A DNA stretch of 64,000 bases, from the NCBI GenBank assembly GCA_951406725.2, contig OX597827.1:70618001-70682000 (forward strand). The letters run 5' to 3'. The translations under genes were made by a program, and so were the position numbers. Positions 49,881 through 61,699 of the stretch are shown here, in pieces (within the stretch, counting starts at the first letter, position 1; each line of letters opens with the position of its first letter). The notes beneath the pieces are model-generated. The model did no database searches, was not told the DNA's origin, and saw only the letters and a program-made list of their open reading frames with translations. Source of the stretch: Octopus vulgaris (taxonomy: Eukaryota).

Positions 49881-50202
49881 ATATATATATATATATGAAA
49901 CAACATAATGCACTGCTTTTGGTCTTGTCTTGCTGTTATATTCACTCACATACACACACCTATACATACATAAACATATACACATGTATAAAATAGGAAA
50001 ATTAATCAGAAGTAATGAGGTATGTTTTCTATTAATTTATACACAGCAGAATATAGAGTATGAATTTTCCTAAGGAAAATCAAATAAAATACAGCTTAGA
50101 TCTTTTTTATCTTGTTTATTGTGCTGTTGTCTGTTCAGACACATATATATATAATAAATACATATATATGTATCTGTGTTCATGTAGGCATGCATATGTT
50201 TA

Positions 50203-50244
<42 letters not shown>

Positions 50245-50273
50245 TAAACATGTATATACACACATATGCATGA

Positions 50274-50305
<32 letters not shown>

Positions 50306-50457
50306 ACATGTATATACACACATATGCATGTATATATGAAAATATATAAATATGTATATATACATACACATATATTATACATATGTAGAGAGACACACCA
50401 ATATATGTATGTGTGTGTACTTACACAAATACATATATATATATATTCACACATATA

Positions 50458-50495
<38 letters not shown>

Positions 50496-50515
50496 GATGC
50501 AAACTCATACATATG

Positions 50516-50561
<46 letters not shown>

Positions 50562-50936
50562 TCTCTATACACACACAAACACTTATACATGTATATACAT
50601 ACGCATATGTGCCCACGCATATGCACATGTGTCTATTTTATACATATTTACATGCTTGTACATATCAACATATGCAAACAGACATATATATCTTTATATA
50701 TACATCGAGAAACCACAAACTACAAGTAATCAAATCTCACTCACACACACACCACAAGTGCACACAGTCATACACAGAGATGTTTGTATCGAGAAATTAA
50801 GTTATTCTTCAAATTAAATACAATATTTCATGGCAGTGATATCCTATAATAGAATCAGAAATGGTTAAATTGATTATTGGGCTAAAACTTACATCTATGC
50901 TTATCTGTGCTCAACTTGTGCTTATAGACTTCTGTA

Positions 50937-51275
50937 TTGGCGTGGCTGTGTGGTAAGAAGTTTGCTTTCCAACCAAATGGTTCTGGGTTCAGTCCCTATG
51001 CATGGTACTTTGGGCAAGTGCCTTCGTATATAGCCTCAGGCTGGCCAAAGCCTTGCAAGTGGATTTGATAGACGGAAACTGAATATATATATATATATAT
51101 ACATATAGGTGCAGGAGTGGCTGTGTGGTAAGTAGCTTGCTTACCAACCACATGGTTCCGGGTTCAGTCCCACTGCGTGGCACCTTGGGCAAGTGTCTTC
51201 TACTATAGCCTCAGGCCGACCAAAGCCTTGTGAGTGGATTTGGTAGACGGAAACTGAAAAGAAGACCATCGTATG

Positions 51276-51318
<43 letters not shown>

Positions 51319-51531
51319 GTGTGTGTGTGTGTGTGTCTGTGTGTGTCCCCCCAACATCACTTGCCAACCGATGCTGGTGTGTTTACATCCCTGTAACTTA
51401 GCGGGTTGGCAAAAGAGACCGATAGAATGAGTACTAGGCTTACAAATAATAAGTCCTGGGGTCGATTTGCTTGACTAAAGGCGGTGCTCCAGCATGGCCA
51501 CAGTCAAATGACTGAAACAGAATAAAAGAAT
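50937..51531 (+). mobile_element. SINE family A 5' half (50937-51081) followed by a full copy (51106-51531)
   Basis: Two heads and one tail, joined at (TA)n. Confidence 0.88.
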
Positions 51532-52223
51532 ATATTATTCTTAATAATATTATTGACAGTGAGTGCAAAGTTTCAGCTAGTCACTATCAATAATAGGCTT
51601 GTTTAAGAATAAATTTGTACTCTACAAAAATATACGATTATACAGTAAGCCATGAAATTAATGTAAAATTGTTATTATAACTGAATTTAAAAGCAAACAT
51701 TAATATATATATGTCTGTGTGTGTGTGTTTATATGTGTGTATGTATATATAATTGAATTCTCATATATTTTAGTTGTAAATATTTTCATTAGAAATTTTG
51801 ACCCGTGGTTCAACAGATTGTCTGTACATGAATCGCAGAAGTGTTAATATAAATTCTTTTAAGAAATATTATTAGAGATAATTGCAATTATATTGTAACA
51901 AAACAAAAGATGCTGCTTACTTGGCCATTGATGAAGTAATTTAAAGATGCTTTTTAGTTGTTTCAAGCTGAAGCTTCAAATAAAGAGGGATGAGTATATT
52001 TATATATAATGTATGTAAGTACATACATGCATATGCATGGGTGCATACATGCACAGGCATGACTGTACACACACACACACACACATGCACACACTTATGA
52101 ATATATGAACAGACATATATATATATATATACATGCACAAACATACATGTATGTATATATATATACACACACACACGTGTATACATATATATATATAATA
52201 TATATACAAGTGCGTGTATATAT

Positions 52224-52424
52224 ATCATCATCATTTAATGTCCATTTTCCATGCTAGCATGGGTTGGACGGTTCAACCAGGGTCTGGGAAGCCAGGAGGC
52301 TGCACCTGGCTCCAGTCTGATCTGGCAGTGTTTTTACAGCTGGATGCCCTTCCTAACGCCAACTATTCAGTGAGTGTAGTAGGTGCTTTTTACGTGCCAG
52401 CAGCACGGGTATCACAACTGCAAC

Positions 52425-52425
<1 letters not shown>
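52224..52425 (-). mobile_element. Retroposon family C, 5'-truncated
   Basis: CCATGCTAGCATGGGTTGGACGG...GGATGCCCTTCCTAACGCCAAC. Confidence 0.85.
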
Positions 52426-52460
<35 letters not shown>

Positions 52461-52464
<4 letters not shown>

Positions 52465-53377
52465 ACATCCAGTTGAATTTGTTGATAAGCTCCTTGAGGC
52501 ATTACTTGAAGAAAATCCTGCATTATCAGTTGAATAATTGGCAATAAAGCTTAGTTCAAACCATACAGTTCATTGTCATCTTCAACAGCTTGGAAAGGTT
52601 CCTAAACTTGGAAAATGGGTGCCTCATGAATTGTCCGAAAGCAACCGCAAATCCCAAGTTGACATCTGCTCTTCTCTCCTTTCTCGCGAACTCATTTCAC
52701 CCTTTTTGGATAGACTTGTGACTGGTGACAAAAAATGGATCTTTTATCAAAATGTTAAACATTGTAAACAGTGGCTTGGTAAAAAGGAAAAAGCTCAACC
52801 ACAACCAAGAAGGGAACTACATGGGGAAAAAGGTTCTTCTCTCTATCTGGTGCAATTGCAAAGGAGTAATTCACTTTGAATTGTTACCACCTAATGCAAC
52901 AATCAATGCTCAAGTCAACTGTCAGCAATTAGAACATTTGAACCAAGCTTTGAAGGAAAAAAGACCCACTTTAGTGAATCAAAAAGGAGTGATGTTTCAC
53001 CAGGACAATGCACAACCCTACACTGCAAAGATCACAACACAGAAGATCGAAGAGCTTGGTTGGGAAAAAATTCCTCATCCACCTTATTCTCCCGACCTTG
53101 CTCTTTCAGACTACCATTTATTTCGTAGTTTACAGAATCATTTGGGGGACATAACTTTCACAAGCCAGGAGGAGGTTGAAACTGACATTTCAGAGTTCTT
53201 CGCTTTGTAACCAAAAGAGTTTTACATTGATGGGATTAAAAAGCTTGTAAATAGATAGAAGGAAGTCATAGATAATCAGGGAAAGTACATTGATGATTAA
53301 ATTTCAATTGAATATAACATTTGATCACTTGTTTTCTTTATTCAAAATTCAGACAGAACTTATAGGATGACCTGATA
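52461..53377 (+). pseudogene. Mariner (DD34D) transposase pseudogene with 3' TIR; 5' end missing
   Basis: WVPHEL, LVTGDKKW, HQDNAQP, HPPYSPDLALSDYHLF; frameshift near 52825 and in-frame stops; TIR CAGAACTTATAGGATGACCTGA+TA. Confidence 0.95.
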
Positions 53378-53832
53378 TATATGTACGTATAATTTAGGAC
53401 AGACAGTAAGTTGTCATTATAGTACTCAGGGTTTTGAATGTCGGGGTGAAAAGCTACAATGCATTCTTGTCGGCTGTTAATGGCAACAGACACTATAAAA
53501 AACTATTGAATAAAAGGGAATTTACTCTATTAGATAGAAAAAGATAAAAAATACACGCAACCATATTCTCACAATACACAGACATAAACATCCTGCGTTT
53601 ACGTCTAGATAAGTACACACTTACACAAACATGTCTATGTAGATGCACATACACACACAAACGTGCATGCACATACTGATACATACATATCCATGCACAC
53701 ACATATGTATATGTGCATGCAACTTCATCCTCATATACACATAGGTGTCTGCATGCATACATATATATTTAGACATTTATATATATAAATATACGTATAT
53801 ATATATATATATTCAAACTCCTGTATATACTG

Positions 53833-53863
<31 letters not shown>

Positions 53864-54124
53864 TATACATATACATCCTCCTATCACACACCTACACCCA
53901 CACATATACAAACATGCATATCCATATAAATGAAGGGGACATGTGCATGAAAGTCGCACTTATGCACCGGACACAGTCTTACACTCATACATACCTATAC
54001 ACATACACATATACACATGCACACACATATACATATAAAATATATACATATACATATACTCACACACGTGCACAGTCTCTCAAATAAAAAGGAAAAAAAT
54101 AATGAAAGGATATATATATATAAA

Positions 54125-54548
54125 AAATAGAAAATGTTAAGACTTATGGGAAGCTTGTGCAGGAATATAGTAAAAATGTGGATTCTATCCATGGTTTTAG
54201 AGGGCCCAAAACCATTACAGGTATTTTGTTACGCATGGACATGATCCAAAAATTTCAGTTCTTGAATTTAGACATGTAGTAGGGTCCAGATGAGCAATCT
54301 TTCCATATTACAAAGACCGCACTTGCCAATACCTTTGGTGTAAGGTTTACACTTGGCTAAGATCTTCCAGTAAATCTTTTAGCTGACATCTTGTTCTTTT
54401 AAGAACCTTATATAACTGGATAATTTGGTAGTTTTTCGTTTATCCCAATGTCTGAAGCTTAAGGTGTGATTATTGAACCTTGCTTTGAGATTTCCCTCCG
54501 TGAGACCCACATATCTCTTTGAGGAAACTGTGTTATTAGCATATACAT

Positions 54549-54550
<2 letters not shown>
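54125..54550 (-). mobile_element. Penelope-like element GIY-YIG endonuclease fragment
   Basis: [55 protein letters not shown] matches the PLE GIY-YIG C-terminal pattern. Confidence 0.85.
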
Positions 54551-54586
<36 letters not shown>

Positions 54587-54619
54587 ATGTATATGCTAAT
54601 AACACAGTTTCCTCAAATG

Positions 54620-54790
54620 TATATATATGTATACATATCTATCTATCTGTCTATCTACCTATCTGTCTGTCTATCTGCCTATCTGTCTATCTACCTATCT
54701 GCCTATCTACCTATCTGCCTATCTACCTATCTGTCTATCTACCTATCTGTCTATCTACCTATCTGTCTATCTACCTATCTATCTATCTAC

Positions 54791-54822
<32 letters not shown>

Positions 54823-55521
54823 ATATATCTGTTGTTCTCTCTATCTTGTTAACATTCATCTTTTGTTTCTCTCTCTCTCTTTTTCTCTCACATACACATT
54901 CCTCTTTTTCTCTCTTATTCTCCTCTTTCACCCTCTCTTGTGTTTCACATTCTCCCCTTTTATTTCTCTCTCTCTCTCTTTCACACACACACACTCTCTA
55001 CTTTGTCTTTCTCCTACACAGTCTCTTCTCTCTCCCCTACACAGTCTCTTTCTTTCTCCTTCTCACATATTTTTCTTTCTCTCTTCTCACTCAGACATTC
55101 TACTCCTCTCTCTCTCTCTCGCATACAGACTCCTTGTATATCTCTCATTCTCTTCTTCACCCCTCTCTCTTTCTCACTCCTATGTACATTCTCTTTCTCC
55201 CTCTCACATCTTTCACTGTCTTCTCACAGACATTTTCTTCTCTCTCCCTCACACCTCCCCCTCCTCTCTCTCACACTGTCTCTCCTTTAGTCTCTCTCTC
55301 TCGTTCACACACTGCCTTCAGTCTCTCTTTCTCACACACACATACACACACTCCTCAATCTCTCTCCGGCACACACACTTTCCATTAGTCTCTCTCTCTC
55401 TCCCCCTCTCACACACTCTCCATTAGTTTCCCTCTCTCCCCCTCTCACACACACAAACTCTTCCTCAGTCTCTTTCACACATGCACTTACTTGCTCTCTC
55501 CCTCTCCTATTCATACATTCA

Positions 55522-55594
<73 letters not shown>

Positions 55595-55754
55595 CTATCA
55601 GTTTCTCTCTCTCTCTCTCTCTCACACACACTCCTTTAGCCTCTCTCTCCTATTCACACATTCATCTTTCTTTCTCACACACACAACTCTCCATCAGTTT
55701 CTCTCTCTCTCACACACTCCTTTAGCCTCTCTCTCTCACACACACACTCCATTA

Positions 55755-55785
<31 letters not shown>

Positions 55786-56661
55786 TCCTTTAGCTTCTCT
55801 CTCTCTCTCTCACACACACACACATTCATCTCCCTCTCTTTCTCTCACACACTCACAAACTTTCCATCAGTTTCTCTCTCTTCCTCTCTTTCACTCCTTT
55901 AATCTCCCTCTCTTTCACTCCTTTAATCTCTCTTCCTCTCTTTCACTCCTTTAATCTCTCTCTTTCTTCCTCTCTTTCACTCCTTTAATCTCTCTCTTTC
56001 TTCCTCTCTTTCACTCCTTTAATCTCTCTCTCTCTCTTCCTCTCTTTCACTCCTTTAATCTCTCTCTCTCTTCCTCTCTTTCACTCCTTTAATCTCTCTC
56101 TCTCTCTCTCACTCCTTTAGTCTCTCCCCCCCTCCACACAATTTTCTTCTTCAGTCTCTCTTTATCCTTCATCACATCTCTCCATCATCAACCAATGGAC
56201 TCTAACACTAACACTAATCAGATATTTAGAGAAATTCAAGCTTTAATGGTTCAAATCTCACCCTCCCCCCTGCTCCTCCCACCTCATCTTCATACTTCAT
56301 TCATGATTATCACCAAATATGGAAGTTGATGAAGCCAAGGTGCCACGCCCACCATCTCAGGCATCCATACCACTGCCTTCTCTGTGTATGCCTGCCTGTA
56401 CATGTGTGTGTGTATGTATATATGTGTGCTAGTGTGTGTGTGTGTGTGTGTACACATATGCCTCTGTGTGTGTATGTGTGTGTGTGTAGGCGTGCTGCAG
56501 CCTCCCCCACCACAACACTTTCTGTGCTACTACTACTACTACTACTACTACATCTATAGTAAGTCAATAGTGGGATGGCTTCTTCTGAATATTAAATGTA
56601 ACTGAAGGGTGAGGGGGAGGAGAGCGAATGAAAAGTAGGTAGAGAGGATATGTATGAGGTG

Positions 56662-56697
<36 letters not shown>

Positions 56698-57735
56698 GAC
56701 AGACCGAGATAGTTAGACAGAGAGAAAGAAGGAGAAGAAGAGGGAGGGGTAAGAGAGAGAGAGAGAGAATGAGGAGTAGTTTGAGAGGTTATGTATGAGG
56801 TGGACAGAGTGACAGAGAGAGAGAAAAATAGATAGACCGAGACAGTTAGGCAGAGAGAAAGAAGAGAGAGAAGGGAGAGAGAGAGAGAATGAGGTGTAGA
56901 GAGGTTATGTATGAGGTGGGGAGAGTGACAGAGAGAGAGAGAGAGAAACAGATAGACCGAGACAGTTAGGCAGAGAGAAAGGAGAGGAGGAAGAGAGAGA
57001 AGGGAGAGAGAGAGAGAAGAGAGGTGGGGAGAGTGACAGAGAGAGAGAGAAACAGGTAGACTGAGACAGTTAGGCAGAGAGAAAGGAGAGGAGGAAGAGA
57101 GAGAAGGGAGAGAGAGAGAGAAGAGAGGTGGGGAGAGTGACAGAGAGAGAGAGAAACAGGTAGACTGAGACAGTTAGGCAGAGAGAAAGGAGAGGGGGAA
57201 GAGAGAGAGGGGGAGAGAGAGAGAAGAAGAAGAGAGGGAAGGGAGATAGAGAGAGAGATGACATGAAAATGGGAGATAGATTGAGAAATGGATAAACTGA
57301 GATATAGAAGGAGGGAGGGAGAGATAAAGAAAGGATAGATAACAGAAACCTCTGTGCTAAGGGGGGGGAGTGGAGGAGTGACAGAAAGGAACAATGATAA
57401 TAAATGAAAAAAACGGGGGGGGGGGGGAAACAAGGAAGGAAAGAAAGAAAGAAAAGCAATAAAAGAAGGAAGAGAAAAATAGGGCCACGGATATAAAGAG
57501 AGGGGGGAAAAGTGTGTATGTGCTATATATATGTGTGTGTGTGTATGTATATATATATATATATATATATGCGTGTGTGTGTGTGTGTATAAATATGGAG
57601 ACAGAAAAAAAGGAGATGGTGAGAGTGTAACTATGAATATATGTGTGTGTATACAGGCACATCTATATACATGTGTATATATGCCTATATGTATTTGTCT
57701 GTGTGTGTATATATATGCCTATATGTGTGTGAATG

Positions 57736-57783
<48 letters not shown>

Positions 57784-57892
57784 CACACACACACATATAT
57801 ATACACACACACACATATATATATATACACACACACACATATATATATATACACACACACATATATATATATACACACACACACATATATAT

Positions 57893-57926
<34 letters not shown>

Positions 57927-57927
57927 C
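54620..57927. repeat. (CTAT)n, (CT)/(CA), GA-rich and (TA)/(CA) low-complexity region with local tandem units
   Basis: Includes ~25-33 bp CTCTCTTTCACTCCTTTAAT units at 55880-56120 and ~100-bp GA-rich units at 56690-57200. Confidence 0.9.
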
Positions 57928-58020
57928 TGATGCAGCCTTCTGGCTTGCCAGTCCTCAGTCAAACCGTCCAACCCATGCCAGCATGGAAAGCACAATGTTA
58001 AACAACGATGATGATGATGA
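57928..58020 (+). mobile_element. Retroposon family C 3' end
   Basis: AAACCGTCCAACCCATGCCAGCATGGAAAG..GTTAAAC..(GAT)n. Confidence 0.8.
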
Positions 58021-58273
58021 TATATGGATAATGTGTGTATTTGTGTATATATATATGTATGTTTATTTCAAGTGTGTGTGTGTGTAAGTACACACGTACA
58101 CTAACAGAAAAGTGAATGTGAGTGATAAATTCATAAAGAAAAATATATGAAAGAAATGGATTATAATTTGAATCACTCATTCACACAAGGAAAGATTTAC
58201 ACTGAATGAATGAATAAATGTCCCAACTGAATGAGTGAGTATTGGAGTGAAAGAAATAGTTAAGTAGATGTAT

Positions 58274-58313
<40 letters not shown>

Positions 58314-58914
58314 TAGCCTACAACTGTATTTCCACACATCTCTTAGAACAATTTGGGGGAAAGGAATACAAGGTCGGTAAGAAAAGATGTAGTTTATCTA
58401 AAGAAGAAGATCAACAACAATGAAAGAATCAGAGCTTTGCAATTGATTTAATGGTAAATGCTGAACTGTAGTAGCTTGGAAGAGAGATAGCGGATATACA
58501 ACAGTGTTGTGGTTGGTGTGATTATGGTTGTTGTGCTTGTAGTTGTTACTTTTGGTTGTTCTTGCTGATCTTTTTTGCTGTGGTGGCTGCTGCTGTTGTT
58601 CTCGCTGTTGCTACTGATATTGTCTTTAGCATCCGGTTAATCTTGATTGAGCAAACAAGTCATCAAAGGCATTCCAGCCATAGCAATCTCATTAAATTCC
58701 ATAGATATATCTAGAATTATATTGTTTAAAGCGTTCTTTATTTCTTTGACAGAATTTGGCTGCTATTTTTAGCAGATTGGGTCACTACATACAGCATCCT
58801 TGTCCAGAGATTGTTATTGATGTGATAGAAGTTACATATATATACATGTTTGTGTGTATGTATGTGTATATATAAATATATCTGCACTGCAACATTTTTG
58901 CCAAAACAAGACAT

Positions 58915-59598
58915 GAGAGGTATCATCATAATGGACAGTTGTGACCATAAACAGGTGTAAGGCTATCTTCAATATTGACCTACCTGAGACAACGGATGAA
59001 AACCTCTCATCACCGTAGCCATTCATGTGACCATCAACAGGTGTAAATCTATCATCGCTGTAGACATTGATATGATAATCAACAGGTGTAAATCTATCAT
59101 CATTCTAGTATTAGGTGTTAATCTGTATTGCTGTAGACATTGATGTGGCAATCAACAGGTGTAAATTTTACCTGTAGCAATCAACCTATCATCAACCATG
59201 TAGACATACCTATGACCATCAGCAGGTGTAAATCTATCATCATTGTAGAGATATGTGTAACCATAAACAGGTGTAAATTTGTGATCATTGAAGACATACC
59301 TGTGGCCATCAACAGGTGTTAATCTATCATCATTCAAGACATAGCTTTGACCAGCAACATGTGAAAATCTAGCATCACTGTAGACTTACCTGTGACAATC
59401 AACAGGTGAAAAATCAACAGTGCAGATATACCTGTGACTAGCAGCAGGTGTACATTTAGCATCATGGCAGACATTGAAGTGACCATCAACAGGTATAAAT
59501 CTATTATTGCCATAGACATTAACAGGTGTTAACCTATAATCGTAGTATAAAACTGTTGCGATTATCAACAGGTGTAAAATTTGTCATCTTGGTAGACA
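58915..59598. repeat. Diverged 45-bp minisatellite, resuming at 60815-61030
   Basis: Unit GTAGACATTGATGTGACCATCAACAGGTGTAAATCTATCATCACT; CAACAGGTGTAAATCTATCATC at 59035 and 59080. Confidence 0.9.
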
Positions 59599-59740
59599 TA
59601 GGCACAGGTGTGGTTGGGTAGTAAGAAGCTTGCTTCCCAACCACATGGTTCTGGGTTCAATCCCACTGCGTGGCACCTTGGGCAAGTGTCTTCTACAATA
59701 GCCTCAGGCCGACCAATGCCTTGTGAGTGGATTTAGTAGA
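59599..59740 (+). mobile_element. SINE family A 5' half
   Basis: TAGGCACAGG head to GTGAGTGGATTTAGTAGA. Confidence 0.85.
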
Positions 59741-59879
59741 TTTAGTATTCCACTATCTCTTTCACTTTCATATATTAACAGTTTAGATCTTAATTATAAA
59801 AAAGTATGAAACCATTATTCTATGCTAATTTAGTTAATTGTAAGGTAGAAATTTAAATGTAATAAAATGTTTTAAAAGA

Positions 59880-60095
59880 AATTTAATGTGCCTACGTGAT
59901 AACTGTAAACCTACTTTTGGGCCACTCTGCATCGCTAGCCACTACACATACTTTATTTTCTCTCCTTGTGTCTTTCTGTGGAAGAGCATAGGCTCGAAAC
60001 ATCAAAGACTTTTTCACTTCCCGAGCATTAAACTAATACATCTGTTTGTTGTCTACCCCACCTGTCTTCGTCTTGTTTTTTTGTGAATTCTCCCT
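59880..60095 (+). repeat. pLTR-type repeat with a minimal hammerhead-like motif (59970-60009)
   Basis: GTCTTT-CTGTGGA-A-GAGC-ATAG-GCTC-GAAACATC-AAAGAC. Confidence 0.6.
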
Positions 60096-60111
60096 ATATA
60101 TATATAATATA

Positions 60112-60550
60112 TGTCTGATTGTTGACTTGACCAGCTCCAACTGCAGTCACCAGGTGAAACAGGAGCTGACCTCCACCTTCTCCGTTGTGTGCCATCAAGT
60201 TGACCTGTCCAAGAATCAATTGCAAGATGAAATCAATAAAATCCAGAAGGACATTGACCAGTTAAAGGACGTCACTTCCAAGTCAAAGACACTCAGAAAC
60301 AAAGCTGATTGGTTAGACAGTGAATTGAAGTCCTTCACCAACCAATACCTCCAGCATGAGGTTTGAACCAGGGTCCAGTTTAGTTTTACGTATGGATGCA
60401 GCTGCTTCTGTCCACTATGATAGACACAGTGACCGAGTGAAGCAGAACTCTGCTTGTTTGGCAACGAACCGAGCTGTCAGTTGGAAAAGAACTGTAAAAG
60501 CGGGGACAGTTTCATAAAGTCTAATCTGATTAAAAATATAAATAAATAAA
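60112..60550 (+). pseudogene. Mfn: Mitofusin (Mfn/Marf) C-terminal HR2 coding fragment plus 3' UTR; probable 5'-truncated processed pseudogene
   Basis: LIVDLTSSNCSHQVKQELTSTF..CHQVD..LRNKADWLDSELKSFTNQYLQ* (stop 60364-60366) matches the mitofusin terminus (NCSHQVQQEL, LRNKAGWLDSEL); begins abruptly in (TA)n with no acceptor site; ATTAAA/AATAAA at 60529-60550. Confidence 0.92.
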
Positions 60551-60602
60551 GGCGGTGCTCCAGCATGGCCGCAGTCAAATGACTGAAACAAGTAAAAGAG
60601 TA
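60547..60602 (+). mobile_element. Bare SINE family A 3' tail fused to the mitofusin UTR
   Basis: TAAAGGCGGTGCTCCAGCATGGCCGCAGTCAAATGACTGAAACAAGTAAAAGAGTA, matching the young copies in the window. Confidence 0.95.
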
Positions 60603-60744
60603 TACCCCCAATAGTTGTTATATTTTTTTGATAACATAATAGGTTAAATAGGATGATGTTTATATTACAATAACCAATAATATGATGTGCATGTCTAGTA
60701 ATATTATGATCATGAAATTAGCATTAGCTTATCTCACTCTTTCT

Positions 60745-60810
60745 CAGGGAACCCCTAAGAAACTTTTACGGAACCGTAGGGTTCCGAGGCTCCCTGGTTG
60801 AGACACGCTG
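60745..60810. mobile_element. hAT-type element right end
   Basis: GGAACCCCT..GGAACCGTAGGGTTCC..GGTTGAGACACGCTG; partner TIR not found. Confidence 0.55.
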
Positions 60811-61042
60811 CTCTAGACATTGATACAGCCATCAACAGGTATAAAACTATCATCACGATAGACATGCATGTAATTAGCAGCAGGTGTAAAATCTATCATC
60901 ACTGTAGACATTGATGTGAACATGAACAGGTGTAAATGTTTCATCATTGTAGACATACTAGTGGCTGGTAACAGGTACAAACTCATAATCACTGTATATG
61001 AATACTGCAGCCAGAACAGGTGCAATAAAACTGTTATATGTA

Positions 61043-61093
<51 letters not shown>

Positions 61094-61514
61094 TAGAAAA
61101 ATGATTAAATAGTGCAGTACAGTAGTATTGCTTCCCAGTAAAGTAAAGCACCATCAGGTTAAAGTATAAATAAGATAGTGGTACAACAATGTACCAATAT
61201 TTACTGGAAATAGCAGTCAATAAATATTTGGGTTGTACATTTATTTAATGCTCTTCCTACAGGTAAGATGAAATTTTTCTATACTCGCTACCCTATAACA
61301 TTTTGCCAATATATATATATACATACAGTGAAGCTTTATATATTATTGACTGCTATTTCTAGTAAATATTGGTGCATTGTTGTAACACTATCTTATATCC
61401 TATGTATATATATATATATATATATTTCAATGTAAGAATTACCATTTTGTTTACATTACTATCACATATGTATCAATTATTGTAGCATCCTAACTGATGC
61501 ATCTATCTATACTT

Positions 61515-61565
61515 GCATTCTGAAGAAATTTACTTAAACCAGTAAATCGAAACGATCGTAAATGC
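61515..61565 (+). ncRNA. Type I hammerhead ribozyme motif
   Basis: GCATT-CTGAAGA-A-ATTTACT-TAAACC-AGTAAAT-C-GAAACGATCGTA-AATGC: stem I 5 bp, stem II 7 bp, palindromic stem III. Confidence 0.75.
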
Positions 61566-61662
61566 TACCCCCATCACTGCTTCTTCCTTCTTTGTTACAT
61601 ATTTAATTAAAGACAATTCAGCGTAAACCACGAGGTTCCCATTGTTATTGTATCCATTTTCT

Positions 61663-61695
<33 letters not shown>

Positions 61696-61699
<4 letters not shown>

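Noticed and set aside
56319-56400. ATG-initiated MEVDEAKVPRPPSQ in a unique island
   Set aside because: No convincing donor site, runs into (TG)n, and no recognisable homology
60046-60366. The full 106-aa ORF as a functional mitofusin gene or exon
   Set aside because: The first 22 codons derive from a repeat and (TA)n, there is no acceptor site, and no other Mfn exon is visible in the preceding 60 kb; kept as a pseudogene call
61240-61268. CTCTTCCTACAG|GTAAGA, resembling a recursive splice site
   Set aside because: A single motif within a repeat-derived inverted structure, with no host gene evidence; plausible by chance
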